A stretch of 64,000 bases of DNA from Parcubacteria group bacterium (GTDB lineage: Bacteria; Patescibacteriota; Minisyncoccia; Moranbacterales; UBA11712). The notes below the pieces were generated by a model. That model was not told the origin of the DNA, made no database searches, and was given only the letters and a program-made list of their open reading frames with translations. Numbering within the stretch: position 1 is the first letter of the stretch; every line of letters starts with the position of its first letter. Where the stretch lies: assembly GCA_041659065.1 (NCBI GenBank), contig JBAZYY010000004.1, positions 2,406-66,405 on the forward strand, read 5' to 3'. Below are positions 47,670-57,831 of the stretch, one piece after another. A program made the translations under genes and the position numbers.

Positions 47670-48722
47670 CTAAAAACTCACCTTGTCGTATTGAGTTTCA
47701 GCTAGTACATTCTTTAGATCGTCCAGATGCTCGAGTATTATCCCCGTCCCCCTCGCAACCGCCGTGAGGGGATCATCCATGACTCTGACTGGCATATCGG
47801 TTTGCTCCGCGACCAGGCGATCAAGTCCCCGAATAAGCCCGCCGCCGCCCGCGATAATAATCCCTTTTTGCATTATATCGGAGATAAGCTCAGGAGGTGT
47901 CTCTTCAATAGTCGCTTTTATATTATTCACAATGATTTTTATTGAACGGAAGATAGCTTCCCTTATTTGCGAGTCGTTGATAATTACTTCTTTCGGCAGC
48001 CCGGTAACCAAATCCCTTCCTCGCATGGGAATTTCAAGTACTTCGTCCAGCTCATAGGCGCTTCCTATGGCGATTTTGATATCTTCCGCTGTTTTTTCTC
48101 CGAGCAATAGATTAAATTCGTCTCGGGCATAGTTTATGATATCTTCATTCATCTCATCCCCGGCAATACGAAGGCTTCGACAGACCACTACGCCCCCCAA
48201 CGAGATTACTGCAATCTCCGTTGTCCCTCCTCCAATGTCGACAATCATATTTCCCGAAGCTTCCTGCACGGGAAGCCGGGCACCGATGGCCGCCGCCATG
48301 GGTTCGTCAACTAAATAAGCGCGCCTCGCTCCAGCGCTCACAGCCGCGTCCACCACGGCTCGTTTTTCAACCTCAGTCACTCCAGAGGGTATGCCGATTA
48401 CCACTTGAGGGCGAGCCAATAGGGTAAAGGATCCTTGATGGACTTTTTCGATGAAGTATCGAAGCATCTGCTCGGTCACTTCAAAATCGCTGACCACCCC
48501 GTCAACCAACGGACGCGTCGCTACTATATGCGAGGGCGTTTTCCCCACCATCTTCTTTGCCTCTCCTCCAATGGCCAGTATCTGCCCAGTTTTTTTATTA
48601 ACTGCCACTACTGAGGGTTCATTGATAACTATCCCTCTTCCTCTGACATAAACCAAGGTATTCGCGGTACCTAAATCAATCCCTATATCTTTTGAAAATT
48701 TGCCAAAAAAATTTGCGAACAT
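47670..48722 (-). CDS. mreB: Rod shape-determining protein MreB
   Basis: GIDLGTANTLVYVRGRGIVINEPSVVA actin-fold signature. Confidence 0.95.
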   Translation of the reverse strand: MFANFFGKFSKDIGIDLGTANTLVYVRGRGIVINEPSVVAVNKKTGQILAIGGEAKKMVGKTPSHIVATRPLVDGVVSDFEVTEQMLRYFIEKVHQGSFTLLARPQVVIGIPSGVTEVEKRAVVDAAVSAGARRAYLVDEPMAAAIGARLPVQEASGNMIVDIGGGTTEIAVISLGGVVVCRSLRIAGDEMNEDIINYARDEFNLLLGEKTAEDIKIAIGSAYELDEVLEIPMRGRDLVTGLPKEVIINDSQIREAIFRSIKIIVNNIKATIEETPPELISDIMQKGIIIAGGGGLIRGLDRLVAEQTDMPVRVMDDPLTAVARGTGIILEHLDDLKNVLAETQYDKVSF

Positions 48723-48872
48723 AATATGAAATAAAAGCGTAAATCCAAAAAAGCAAAAGCGACAGACAAAAACTCAAAACTGCTTAAATAAAGAGTTTTA
48801 AGCTTCGGACTGTTGTTTTTAGATTTTCGTTTTTAGCTTCTGGTTTTCTGCACTATTATACCTAAGTAAAAA

Positions 48873-48897
48873 GGCCGTGTCAAAAGTAATTACGGCC
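48873..48897 (-). terminator. Terminator after rseP, followed by a TATAAT -10 for mreB
   Basis: GGCCGTgtcaaaagtaattACGGCC, with a T-run and cttaggtataat on the minus strand. Confidence 0.45.
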
Positions 48898-48938
48898 TGG
48901 CTTCAAGCAAAGCAAAAAAGTCAATAGATAAAAATTGT

Positions 48939-50099
48939 TCAAAATAATGCCTTAACTTTACTCAACACGTCAAACCGCATCAAATCCTGAAATGTGACAA
49001 CGACCATCAGGGTTATCAGCAACGCAAAACCGATATTATGCGCTCTCTGCTCGAATTTTTGGCTGACTGGCGAACCCTTAATCGCTTCGATAAGGACAAA
49101 AAGGACCCGTCCGCCGTCTAACGCCGGTATAGGAAGGGCATTTATTATCGCCAGATTTATTGAAAGAAGCGCCATGAATTGGATGACATAAACCAGCCCC
49201 ATGTGGGCGACCTGTCCGGTCAAAACCGCGATCCCGACTGGGCCGGAAACGTCCATTCCCGCGCCTTGTCCGGAAAGGAGCCTTGTGATTATTTGAGCGA
49301 ATGTGGTAAGGATCAGCCAGGTTATTTCAAAAGTGGATTTTATCCCCCGCCAGACAGCTTCCGGAAGAGGATAAGAGACCTCAGCTGTTTTCGCGAGGCT
49401 TATGCCAAGCGACCCCTGATCAGCCGGGTAATCTTTCCGAGGAATGCCGGATAATTTCAAATTTTCATTTCCTCTTTTTATATCGAAGGTAATTTTCTCG
49501 CCCTCATGAGCATGGATATAACTTTGGATTTCATTGATGCTTCCAAACACAGAATTAGGCTCTGAATCGGTTTTCGCGGAAATCACCTGATCTCCGATTT
49601 TGATGCCCATATCAGCCGCCGGGGAACCTTTAATTACGTCAATAATTTGGATTTTTTCATTTTTCAGTATCCCCGAAGAATTATCCTCCACGACTTGAGG
49701 CGCTCCGATAAAATATACCGCCGAGAGAAGAACTCCCGCGAGCAAAAAATTCATCGCCACACCCGCTGCCAGCATCCTGACTCTGGTCCAGGGAGATTTA
49801 GATGCGAAACTATTGGGATTATTTTTCTCTTCTCCATCTTCGCCGACTATTTTAACGAAACCCCCTAGCGGTATCCAATTGATCGAATAGATGGTCCCGA
49901 CAGCCTTAACGCGTCTGCCGCCCCAGACTATCTTTCTTTTGCCTTTTTCATCCCAGTAAAAGCCTAAGATCCTGGGCGGGAATCCGAATCCGAATTCTTC
50001 CGCAGACACTCCGTTGCGCCTGGCTACGACAAAATGGCCCAACTCGTGGACAAATACCAAAACTCCAAGAACTATTATAAATACCAGAAGTGTAAACAT
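48939..50099 (-). CDS. rseP: RIP site-2 metalloprotease RseP (M50 with PDZ)
   Basis: HELGHFVVAR HExxH in TM1, a PDZ segment, and a C-terminal LDGG motif. Confidence 0.85.
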   Translation of the reverse strand: MFTLLVFIIVLGVLVFVHELGHFVVARRNGVSAEEFGFGFPPRILGFYWDEKGKRKIVWGGRRVKAVGTIYSINWIPLGGFVKIVGEDGEEKNNPNSFASKSPWTRVRMLAAGVAMNFLLAGVLLSAVYFIGAPQVVEDNSSGILKNEKIQIIDVIKGSPAADMGIKIGDQVISAKTDSEPNSVFGSINEIQSYIHAHEGEKITFDIKRGNENLKLSGIPRKDYPADQGSLGISLAKTAEVSYPLPEAVWRGIKSTFEITWLILTTFAQIITRLLSGQGAGMDVSGPVGIAVLTGQVAHMGLVYVIQFMALLSINLAIINALPIPALDGGRVLFVLIEAIKGSPVSQKFEQRAHNIGFALLITLMVVVTFQDLMRFDVLSKVKALF

Positions 50100-50288
50100 G
50101 GAACTAACTTAAAGTTCAAAATTAAAAGTTAAGCGGCATAGGCTAAAGCAAAAGCTGCAAGGACAAAAAATTTATTTCAAACTGTGATTCTAACCTTTTT
50201 CAGCCAAAGGCTGATCCCCGCCTGCTTTGATTTGCAAAGCAATTCGGGCAGGTGTCCAAGGCGTAGCACTTTTAACCTTAAACTTTCC

Positions 50289-50846
50289 TTAGATTTCCGT
50301 AATTTCTCTTTCTTTCTTTTCTCTAATTTCCTCAATCTTCTTATTGTACTCATCCACTAATTTCTGCAATTCGTCTTTGCCCCTAAATTTATCATCTTCA
50401 CCCAACTTACCTTCTTTCACCGCATCTTGAATTTCGTCCCAACTTTCTTCCCTGGCTTGTCTCACGCCGACCCTCGCTTCTTCGGCATATTTTCCCAAAA
50501 CTTTCACTAGTTCCGCTCTCCTCTCTTCATTTAGCGGCGGAATGGATATGCGGATAACCTGTCCGTCATTAGTCGGGTTAAACCCCAGTTGCGATTCCTT
50601 TATTGCTTTCTCAATGTCGACCAAATTATCCCGGCTCCAAGGCTGGATTACAATTAAACGCGGTTCAGGCACGTTGACGCTGGCCATTTGCTTGATCGGG
50701 CTTTTCGCTCCGTAATAATCGACCATCAAATTTTCTACCATCGCCGTATTTGCCCTTCCGGTCCGGAGTTTCACTATCTCCTCTTGGAATCTCTCAACCG
50801 CCTTTTCCATTTTTGGATTTGAGTTTTGGATAATTTGATCCAACAT
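50289..50846 (-). CDS. frr: Ribosome recycling factor
   Basis: Canonical RRF sequence across the full length (185 aa). Confidence 0.95.
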   Translation of the reverse strand: MLDQIIQNSNPKMEKAVERFQEEIVKLRTGRANTAMVENLMVDYYGAKSPIKQMASVNVPEPRLIVIQPWSRDNLVDIEKAIKESQLGFNPTNDGQVIRISIPPLNEERRAELVKVLGKYAEEARVGVRQAREESWDEIQDAVKEGKLGEDDKFRGKDELQKLVDEYNKKIEEIREKKEREITEI

Positions 50847-50920
50847 ATAGCATTTCCTTAATTATTACTTCTACTTGATGGTTAATGTTTCACATCTGAT
50901 CCGCGCAAATGAATTTGCCG

Positions 50921-51973
50921 CTAGCGCTTATTCATGCCCACATAAACGGTCGCCGGGTTCTGCCGATTATACGCGATAACTTCTATCGTTCTCGAAACAT
51001 CGAACTGTACCGTCTTCCAGTTCACGCCCCCGTCGATTGATTTATAAAACGCCTGGCTGACTGAAAAAACGATTTCGTCTGAGCTAACCGGATTTATGGC
51101 GATTGATCTTATAGTCTGCTCGCTCGGCTTTATGAGAGTCTTTACGGATTCCCAATTTTCTCCCTGATCCTTACTTCTCAGAAGCCCCGATGGAGAACCG
51201 ACATACAGCCATCCTTCCTGATTAGGATCGGCTGCGAGTGAGGTTGGGTTTCCCAGTTGATTGGATGAAATAAAAGATTCTTTCTGAGACAGATCTTCAA
51301 AGCTTTTTCCTCCGTCTAATGTTCTCAGTAACCCGCGCTGGAAAATTACAAAGTACGCAGTGCTTGGATTGAAATAATCAAGAGCTATCTTATAAACCGG
51401 GCCTTGCGCCCAGAGTAGATTCCTCCATGTCTCTCCGCCATCTTCGGAAAAAATTATCTGCCCCTTGTCCGTGCCGGCATAAACATTCTGCGAATTCAGA
51501 GGATCCAGAGCTAGGCTTAAAACCAGCGAGCCAGTTGAAGGTTCGGTATAGATATCCTTCCACGTATCTCCTCCATCTTGGGATTTGATTATTTTAGCGC
51601 GTTTATCCACTAAAGCTCCTGCGAGGATCACTTTGGGGTCGGAGTTGCTAATCGCCATGGAATAAACTTTTGTCGGAGTCAGATCTGAAACTTTGAGCTG
51701 TCTCCAATTTTCTCCCGCGTCGTTTGTCTTGAAAATGCCTGAGGACGCCGTCCCAATATATACCTCATTGCCATCTTGCGGATTAACAGCCAAACTCAAA
51801 ACATCAGTCTGGCTGATTGTTCCGTTCTGTCCTACCTTATCCTTTGGATAAAAAGTTGCGCCTCCATCATCTGAGCGGTTCACGCCCCCGTCGTTGCCTC
51901 CCGAAATCAATGAACATCCGGCAAGCAAAAACGTACCCATAATCAATCCGGTTAATTTTGCTGTTTTTTTCAT
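50921..51973 (-). CDS. BNR/Asp-box repeat beta-propeller lipoprotein (Ycf48-like)
   Basis: Lipobox LLAGCSL. Repeated SxDxGxTW motifs (DGGDTWKDI, DGGETWRNL, DQGENWESV, DGGVNWKTV). Confidence 0.6.
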   Translation of the reverse strand: MKKTAKLTGLIMGTFLLAGCSLISGGNDGGVNRSDDGGATFYPKDKVGQNGTISQTDVLSLAVNPQDGNEVYIGTASSGIFKTNDAGENWRQLKVSDLTPTKVYSMAISNSDPKVILAGALVDKRAKIIKSQDGGDTWKDIYTEPSTGSLVLSLALDPLNSQNVYAGTDKGQIIFSEDGGETWRNLLWAQGPVYKIALDYFNPSTAYFVIFQRGLLRTLDGGKSFEDLSQKESFISSNQLGNPTSLAADPNQEGWLYVGSPSGLLRSKDQGENWESVKTLIKPSEQTIRSIAINPVSSDEIVFSVSQAFYKSIDGGVNWKTVQFDVSRTIEVIAYNRQNPATVYVGMNKR

Positions 51974-52088
51974 AATTTTTCTGCCTTAATTATATCATAT
52001 TTGCCAATATCCTCAATCTCATCAAAAGAAATTCCGCTCTGCCAAACTCCCGCCGTTTTATCATACGCCTACTGATTATTTAGCGAAC

Positions 52089-53018
52089 CTATAAGTCAAG
52101 CACTAGAGATTCCATCGTAGCGCGCGGATTGGCGTTAGTTGAAATTAATTTATTTTCAGCCTCTCGCAGTTTCTTTATGAGCAGCATCAATTTAGCAATC
52201 CTGCCTTTTTCCTGATTTTCCGGCTTTTCGAAATAAGCAGTCAGTTTTTGCTGGGCTAAATTCTCCCAATCCTCCAACAAAACAATTGTTTCAATCTTAT
52301 CTTTTGAAATACTTTCCGCGAAATCAAAACGTTCGTAGATTTGATTCTGGAAAATTCGATTGAGTGCGGTCCGGTTCCCCTCTTTTCCGGCAAGATATTT
52401 TTTATCTTCGGCCATCTTTTTTGCGATTCCTAGTCGGCCGCCGGACCAGAGCCAAATTTTTTCCGCAACATTTTCTTGGATATTTTGAGTTTGCGACCAC
52501 TTGAAGAATTCCGCCCTTGAGACCGAAGAGAATCTCAATACTGCGCACCTTGAGACAATTGTTGGAAGGATCGATTCGACGCTCGAAACCAGCAAAATAA
52601 AATATGTATCGCTGGTCGGCTCTTCAAGGCTTTTGAGAAGCGCGTTAGCCGCCTCCCGATTCATTTTTTCGGCTTTTTTTATAACGCAAAATTTTTGCTT
52701 CAGCTCGTAAGGGAAATACTTGAGGCGCTCTTGCGCCGTTCTTATTTGGGAAATACCGATTTCTTTCTCGCGTATCTTTCCTTTTTTTTCTTCCACCACG
52801 GGTTCCACAATCAAAACATCCGGATGGTTTTTTGCTTCGACTTTAGTCATAAATTCCGGGACATTCTTGGTGCCGGATACCTTTTGAATGAAATAAAAGG
52901 CTGCATTTTCTTTGCCTGTTCCTGCCGGACCGGAAAACAAATATGAGTTCGGCCTTTTGGCCGAGTCTGAGAGCCTATCTATATAAGTTTTGATTTTCGA
53001 ATTAAAAATATCCTGCAT
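52089..53018 (-). CDS. holB: DNA polymerase III delta' subunit (AAA+ clamp-loader)
   Basis: SYLFSGPAGTGKENAAFYF P-loop and an SRC-like box. Confidence 0.75.
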   Translation of the reverse strand: MQDIFNSKIKTYIDRLSDSAKRPNSYLFSGPAGTGKENAAFYFIQKVSGTKNVPEFMTKVEAKNHPDVLIVEPVVEEKKGKIREKEIGISQIRTAQERLKYFPYELKQKFCVIKKAEKMNREAANALLKSLEEPTSDTYFILLVSSVESILPTIVSRCAVLRFSSVSRAEFFKWSQTQNIQENVAEKIWLWSGGRLGIAKKMAEDKKYLAGKEGNRTALNRIFQNQIYERFDFAESISKDKIETIVLLEDWENLAQQKLTAYFEKPENQEKGRIAKLMLLIKKLREAENKLISTNANPRATMESLVLDL

Positions 53019-53027
53019 AGCGATATT

Positions 53028-54173
53028 TCAAGACTCTTTTGGGATGTCCTGTATCATTTTTTTTATGTTTTCGACAAATATCTCTTTGGAAAAATTTTCG
53101 GATTGAACGCGAATTTTTTCCGGATCATATGTTTCTTCATGTTCGATGAATCGCCTTAACGCATCAACCATAACTTCAATGGATGCATCATCGAAAAACT
53201 CTCCGGTCTCTCCCTCAATAATTGTTTCCACGGCTCCGCCTCTGCGAAGAGCTATTACAGGCTTCCCGTGAGACATGGCCTCAATCGGTGTTATTCCAAA
53301 ATCGTCTTCGCCTGGAAAAAGAAAAGCCCGGCAATTTCCGTAGTGTTGGTGAATTTTTTCGTCCGGGAGCCAGCCAAGGAATCGCGTTTTGGGACCAGCG
53401 ATTTTTTTTAGATATTTCTGATATTTTTCAGGTCCCTCGCCAACAATCACCAAAGGTAAATTGAGTTTGTTAAGCGCCTCAATCGCGACGTCAATTTTTT
53501 TATATGGAGCCAGGCGCGAAACTATGAGAAAATAATCGCCGGAGCTCGAGGTGAAACCTCGAGCTTCTCGAGGTGAAACCTCGAATGAACCGATATCGAC
53601 CGGCGGGTATATGACCCTACTTTCTCTTCCGTAGTATTTTTTAATCCTCGCCTGAGTCGCGCGCGAATTGGCGATAAAATAATCGGCTCTGTCAGCCGCC
53701 ACTCTATCCCAGATGCGAACATAGTTAAGAATCATCCGTGCGAATATTCTGCGTTTCCTTCCCAGGCCTTGCTCGGCAAGGTAATTTTCATTCCAGTCCC
53801 AAGTGTACCGCATCGGACTATGGCAGTAGCAGACATGAATAGTCTTGGGTTTTATAACTATGCCTTTTGCGAAAGCACTGGAAGAGGAAATCACTAAATC
53901 ATAGTCCCTGAAATTGAAAGTCTCCGGCGCCGTCGGCATAAGAGGCAACAGCCATTTATGGCGCCGCCGAATCCATTTTGGAAATTTTTGCAAAAAGGAT
54001 GTTCTTATTTCGGCATTCTCCAGCTTCCCACGCATTTTTTCCTTTTCGTAGAGTAGCGTGTATATCGGAGCTTCGGGAAATATTTCATGTAAAATTTCAA
54101 GGACCCTTTCTGCTCCCCCGTACTGATTAAGAAAATCATGAACAATGGCAATTTTTATGTTTTTTATGTCCAT
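53028..54173 (-). CDS. Glycosyltransferase family 4 (GT-B)
   Basis: C-terminal EX7E region FPGEDDFGITPIEAMSHGKPVIA. Confidence 0.8.
   Translation of the reverse strand: MDIKNIKIAIVHDFLNQYGGAERVLEILHEIFPEAPIYTLLYEKEKMRGKLENAEIRTSFLQKFPKWIRRRHKWLLPLMPTAPETFNFRDYDLVISSSSAFAKGIVIKPKTIHVCYCHSPMRYTWDWNENYLAEQGLGRKRRIFARMILNYVRIWDRVAADRADYFIANSRATQARIKKYYGRESRVIYPPVDIGSFEVSPREARGFTSSSGDYFLIVSRLAPYKKIDVAIEALNKLNLPLVIVGEGPEKYQKYLKKIAGPKTRFLGWLPDEKIHQHYGNCRAFLFPGEDDFGITPIEAMSHGKPVIALRRGGAVETIIEGETGEFFDDASIEVMVDALRRFIEHEETYDPEKIRVQSENFSKEIFVENIKKMIQDIPKES
53551..53589. repeat. Tandem pair of a self-complementary 17-mer (TCGAGGTGAAACCTCGA) inside the GT4 coding sequence
   Basis: ccggagcTCGAGGTGAAACCTCGAgcttcTCGAGGTGAAACCTCGAatg. 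It is in-frame and encodes FEVSPREARGFTSS. Confidence 0.6.
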
Positions 54174-54180
54174 TTATTAG

Positions 54181-55317
54181 CTACTCATTTGATATTAGCA
54201 ATTTACTGACTTCACGCGCGCATGCGTCCCATGAAAACCTCTTCACATTCTCATGCCCTTTATTTATTATATCATCTCTTGCTTCTTTGTCAGTCATTAG
54301 CTTATAGGCAGCTTCCGCTATGTTTTCCGACTTCTTTGGATCAACCAAAACCGCGCCGTCCCCCGCTACTTCCGGCATCGACGACACATTCGAAGTTACG
54401 ACCGGCACACCCACGCTTTGTGCCTCAACAATCGGCAAACCAAAGCCTTCATAAAATGTCGGAAATAAAAAAACGCCGGCACCGCGAAGCAATGCCCGCT
54501 TCTCCTCATCGCTGACATATCCAACCTGAATTATGTCCTCTTCATGCTTGCTGCCCTTAATTTTATTTTTTATGCGTTCCGCTCCGTATCCGAAGTTTCC
54601 CGCCAAAACCAATTTATAGGGAACGTTATATTTGGATTTTAAAAACTCGAACGCTTCGATTATGCCGCAAATATTTTTTCTTTCTTCCAGCCGGCCAACA
54701 AACAATAAAAAATTTTCATCGCGAAGTGACTCTAAAGTTTTGAATTTTGAACTTTGAATTTTGAACTTATTTTCGATTCCATTATAAATCATCTTAATCT
54801 TCCCTACCGGCACTTTATATAATTTCATCAGATCTTTTTCCGTATTTTCACTGACGGAAATTATCTTCTCCGCCCACCGGCAAGAATTTTTGATGACAAA
54901 ACGCATATAGAGCTTTCCAAAAAAAGAATACGCTTTCGGGCAAAATTCATATTCCAAACCGTGAACCACGACGAACGATTTTTTTGGACGTATGATCGGA
55001 ATCGTATGCGCCGGAATGAATAATACATCGACTGGATGAAAAATCATTTGAACGGACAAACGGATTTGAGTCCAAAAGATCGGTGCGCGAAGAAATTTTA
55101 TTTCCCAGTCACCAGGAAGTTCGAAATCAATAAGTTCGCTTTTATTTATTCTGGGATCCAGATATAAAATTACCTTTTCGTGTCTAAGGTAACTGCGCAA
55201 GTGCTTGATTATTTGATAGGAATATTCCTCAATGCCAGTTTTGTTTTTCACGAATGCGCGCGATGCGTCAATGCCAATAGTCATAAGATATGGAATACGA
55301 AACATGGAGCAACGCAT
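54181..55317 (-). CDS. Glycosyltransferase family 4 (GT-B)
   Basis: FPTFYEGFGLPIVEAQSVGVPVVTSNVSSMPEVAGD. The start may be the internal MTIGIDAS. Confidence 0.8.
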   Translation of the reverse strand: MRCSMFRIPYLMTIGIDASRAFVKNKTGIEEYSYQIIKHLRSYLRHEKVILYLDPRINKSELIDFELPGDWEIKFLRAPIFWTQIRLSVQMIFHPVDVLFIPAHTIPIIRPKKSFVVVHGLEYEFCPKAYSFFGKLYMRFVIKNSCRWAEKIISVSENTEKDLMKLYKVPVGKIKMIYNGIENKFKIQSSKFKTLESLRDENFLLFVGRLEERKNICGIIEAFEFLKSKYNVPYKLVLAGNFGYGAERIKNKIKGSKHEEDIIQVGYVSDEEKRALLRGAGVFLFPTFYEGFGLPIVEAQSVGVPVVTSNVSSMPEVAGDGAVLVDPKKSENIAEAAYKLMTDKEARDDIINKGHENVKRFSWDACAREVSKLLISNE

Positions 55318-55356
55318 AAGCTCATGTTATGCGTTTTGTGTTCCATGCTATGTGAT

Positions 55357-56364
55357 TTATTTACTTAGCATTATCGTCCGCTTGTATATCTCCAAATGCT
55401 CCAGTGCTATTCCTGTTCCCTTCGCGACACAAAACAAGGGATCATCAGCCACGTAGCACGGAACCCCAGTTGTTTTCGTTATGAGCTGATCAAGATGTCG
55501 GAGAAGAGCTCCTCCTCCTGACAAAATCATCCCCTTGTCGATGATATCGGCTGCCAGTTCCGGCGGAGTTTCCTGAAGGACTTTTTTGATCGCGTTTATA
55601 ATCTCCCGCAACTCATCCTGAATCGCCTCTGTGATTTCGTTGGATGACACGCGAATAGTTTTCGGAAGACCGGCGATAAGATCCCTTCCTCGAATTTCCA
55701 GGAACTCGTCTTTCATTTGAGGCAGCGCGCTACCTAACGCGATTTTAATTTCTTCCGCCGTCCTCTCACCAATCGCGAGGCCGTGTTTCTTTTTTACATA
55801 GTCTGCAATAGCCTGATCTATCTTATTTCCACCAACTCTTGCACTATGCGCGGCCACAACGCCCCCCAAAGAAATTATAGCCACTTCACTGGTCCCGCCA
55901 CCAATATCCACTATCATGTTTCCAGCCGCATTGTTGATTGGGATGCCAGCTCCAATAGCGGCCAAGATTGGCTCTTTGACCACGTAGGCAGTTTTGGCTC
56001 CCGCCTTCACAGTGGCATCAATAACGGCTCTCCTTTCAGTCGAAGTAACACCCGCCGGAATTGAGACCATTACTTCCGGACGAAACAAGCGAAAGCCACC
56101 GCTGACCTTGTTAATAAAATACTTAAGCATGGCCTCTGTAATCCGATAATCCGCTATTACACCATCTTTTAAGGGCCTAGACGCAGTGATTGACTCCGGC
56201 GTTCTTCCCAGCATTTCCTTGGCTTCATTGCCTACGGCCAAGACTTTATTATCTACAAGCGAAATAGCCACTACGGACGGCTCATTAACAACAATACCCT
56301 TGCCCGGCAGGAACACAAGCGTATTTGCGGTACCCAAATCAATTCCGATTTTTTTGATAAACAA
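55357..56364 (-). CDS. Second MreB/Mbl-family actin-like protein
   Basis: KIGIDLGTANTLVFLPGKGIVVNEPSVVAI; a full-length paralog of the gene at 47670..48722. Confidence 0.85.
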   Translation of the reverse strand: MFIKKIGIDLGTANTLVFLPGKGIVVNEPSVVAISLVDNKVLAVGNEAKEMLGRTPESITASRPLKDGVIADYRITEAMLKYFINKVSGGFRLFRPEVMVSIPAGVTSTERRAVIDATVKAGAKTAYVVKEPILAAIGAGIPINNAAGNMIVDIGGGTSEVAIISLGGVVAAHSARVGGNKIDQAIADYVKKKHGLAIGERTAEEIKIALGSALPQMKDEFLEIRGRDLIAGLPKTIRVSSNEITEAIQDELREIINAIKKVLQETPPELAADIIDKGMILSGGGALLRHLDQLITKTTGVPCYVADDPLFCVAKGTGIALEHLEIYKRTIMLSK

Positions 56365-56495
56365 AGCAATAATAACTCAAAACTTAAAACTCAAAACGCA
56401 AACCTTTGGAACTCGCTGCGCTCGAAATTATTTATCTCAAAATCGCGTAGCGACACCTTAGTTTTGAGCTTTGACATTTGAGCTTTGAGCTAATT

Positions 56496-57764
56496 TTATT
56501 TTATTCTTTTTATATCCGCCCCTAGTCTTTGCAACCGCTGCTCAATCCTCTCATATCCCCGATCAATCTGGTAAATATTTTCAATTCTAGTTTTCCCTTT
56601 TGCGATTAATCCCGCCAGCAGCAACGTGATTCCGGCTCTCAAATCCGGACTTGCTATTTTCCGCCCATGCAGCGCAGTCGGACCTTGAACGGTAGCGCGA
56701 TGAGGATCATTCATTGTAATGCGCGCGCCCATCATATTTAAAATGTCAGTGAATATTAGTCTGCCTTCGAATATGGGATCATGGATCAAGCTCGGTCCTT
56801 CTGCCTGGGTCATTAAAAGCGTGAAAGGCGGTTGGGTATCCGTGGCAAATCCTGGATATTCATGCGTTGTGATATCGACGGGCTTAATTTTTTTTGATCC
56901 CCACACAATCAATTCATTCTTATTCTCTTGAAATTTAACTCCCGCTTTTTTCAAGCTGATTAAAAATGACCTCACATGTTCCGGCTCGCATTTCACGATT
57001 CGTATCTTCCCCCCGCCAAGTGCTCCTAAGATCGCGAACGTAGCCGTTTCAATTCTGTCGGGAAGCAATCTCAATGTTCCTCCTCCGATTCTTTTTACTC
57101 CTCCGATTTTTATAGTGGGAGTGCCTGCTCCCCTAATCTTCGCTCCACATTTATTCAGAAATTCAGCCAGCATCGGAATCTCCGGCTCCATTGCTGCGTT
57201 TTCAAGTACGGTGTCTCCTTCTGCCAGGACCGCGGTCATCATCATCGTCTCCGTACCCGTGACCGTAACTTTCGGGAAAAAAATATTAGCTCCTTTCAAT
57301 TTATTGGCAGTAAGCCTGAAATGATCGTTTAGCCATTCCACTCGCGCGCCAAATGCCTTGAAGCCTTCCAAAAAAATATCGATTGGTCGTTTGCCGATTA
57401 CGCAACCGCCCGGGTGCGACATAATTACCCTGCCTTTTCTCGCAAGTAACGGCCCGGCTAAAATTATTGAGGCGCGAAGCTTTCTGGTTAATTTCTCATC
57501 CAGCCGGTCGCTTTTTATCTCAGACGCTCGGATTTCAATTCGATCTTTTTTTTGTTCAACCTGCACGCCCAGTTTTTCGACCATCTCTATGATCCTGTTC
57601 GTATCTTCAATAAAAGGGAAATTAGTAACAGTCCATTTTTCTTTGGAAAGCAAAGATGCGGCAATCGCCTTCAGAGCCGCGTTTTTCGCCCCTTTTACTT
57701 CGATGGTCCCATTTAGTTTTTTTCCGCCGTTTATCTCGAAATATTGCATAAAACATTTTTTCAA
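56496..57764 (-). CDS. murA: UDP-N-acetylglucosamine 1-carboxyvinyltransferase
   Basis: Inside-out alpha/beta barrel repeats and the catalytic Cys loop region (GGCVIGKRPID). Confidence 0.9.
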   Translation of the reverse strand: MKKCFMQYFEINGGKKLNGTIEVKGAKNAALKAIAASLLSKEKWTVTNFPFIEDTNRIIEMVEKLGVQVEQKKDRIEIRASEIKSDRLDEKLTRKLRASIILAGPLLARKGRVIMSHPGGCVIGKRPIDIFLEGFKAFGARVEWLNDHFRLTANKLKGANIFFPKVTVTGTETMMMTAVLAEGDTVLENAAMEPEIPMLAEFLNKCGAKIRGAGTPTIKIGGVKRIGGGTLRLLPDRIETATFAILGALGGGKIRIVKCEPEHVRSFLISLKKAGVKFQENKNELIVWGSKKIKPVDITTHEYPGFATDTQPPFTLLMTQAEGPSLIHDPIFEGRLIFTDILNMMGARITMNDPHRATVQGPTALHGRKIASPDLRAGITLLLAGLIAKGKTRIENIYQIDRGYERIEQRLQRLGADIKRIK

Positions 57765-57831
57765 ATTAGCATAGGCATTATAAAGGAAAAATACAATATA
57801 ATCAACTGATTCTTTCTTAATATTTTTCCAT

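Noticed and set aside
56365-56495. Short tandem words (ttgagctttga x2; aaaactcaaaac x2) and the ttgaattttgaac repeats at 54720-54760; considered as a possible CRISPR-like array
   Set aside because: The units are under 15 nt and degenerate, with no spacer-repeat periodicity of 25-40 nt. The second set lies inside a GT4 coding sequence. No CRISPR array was seen anywhere in the window.
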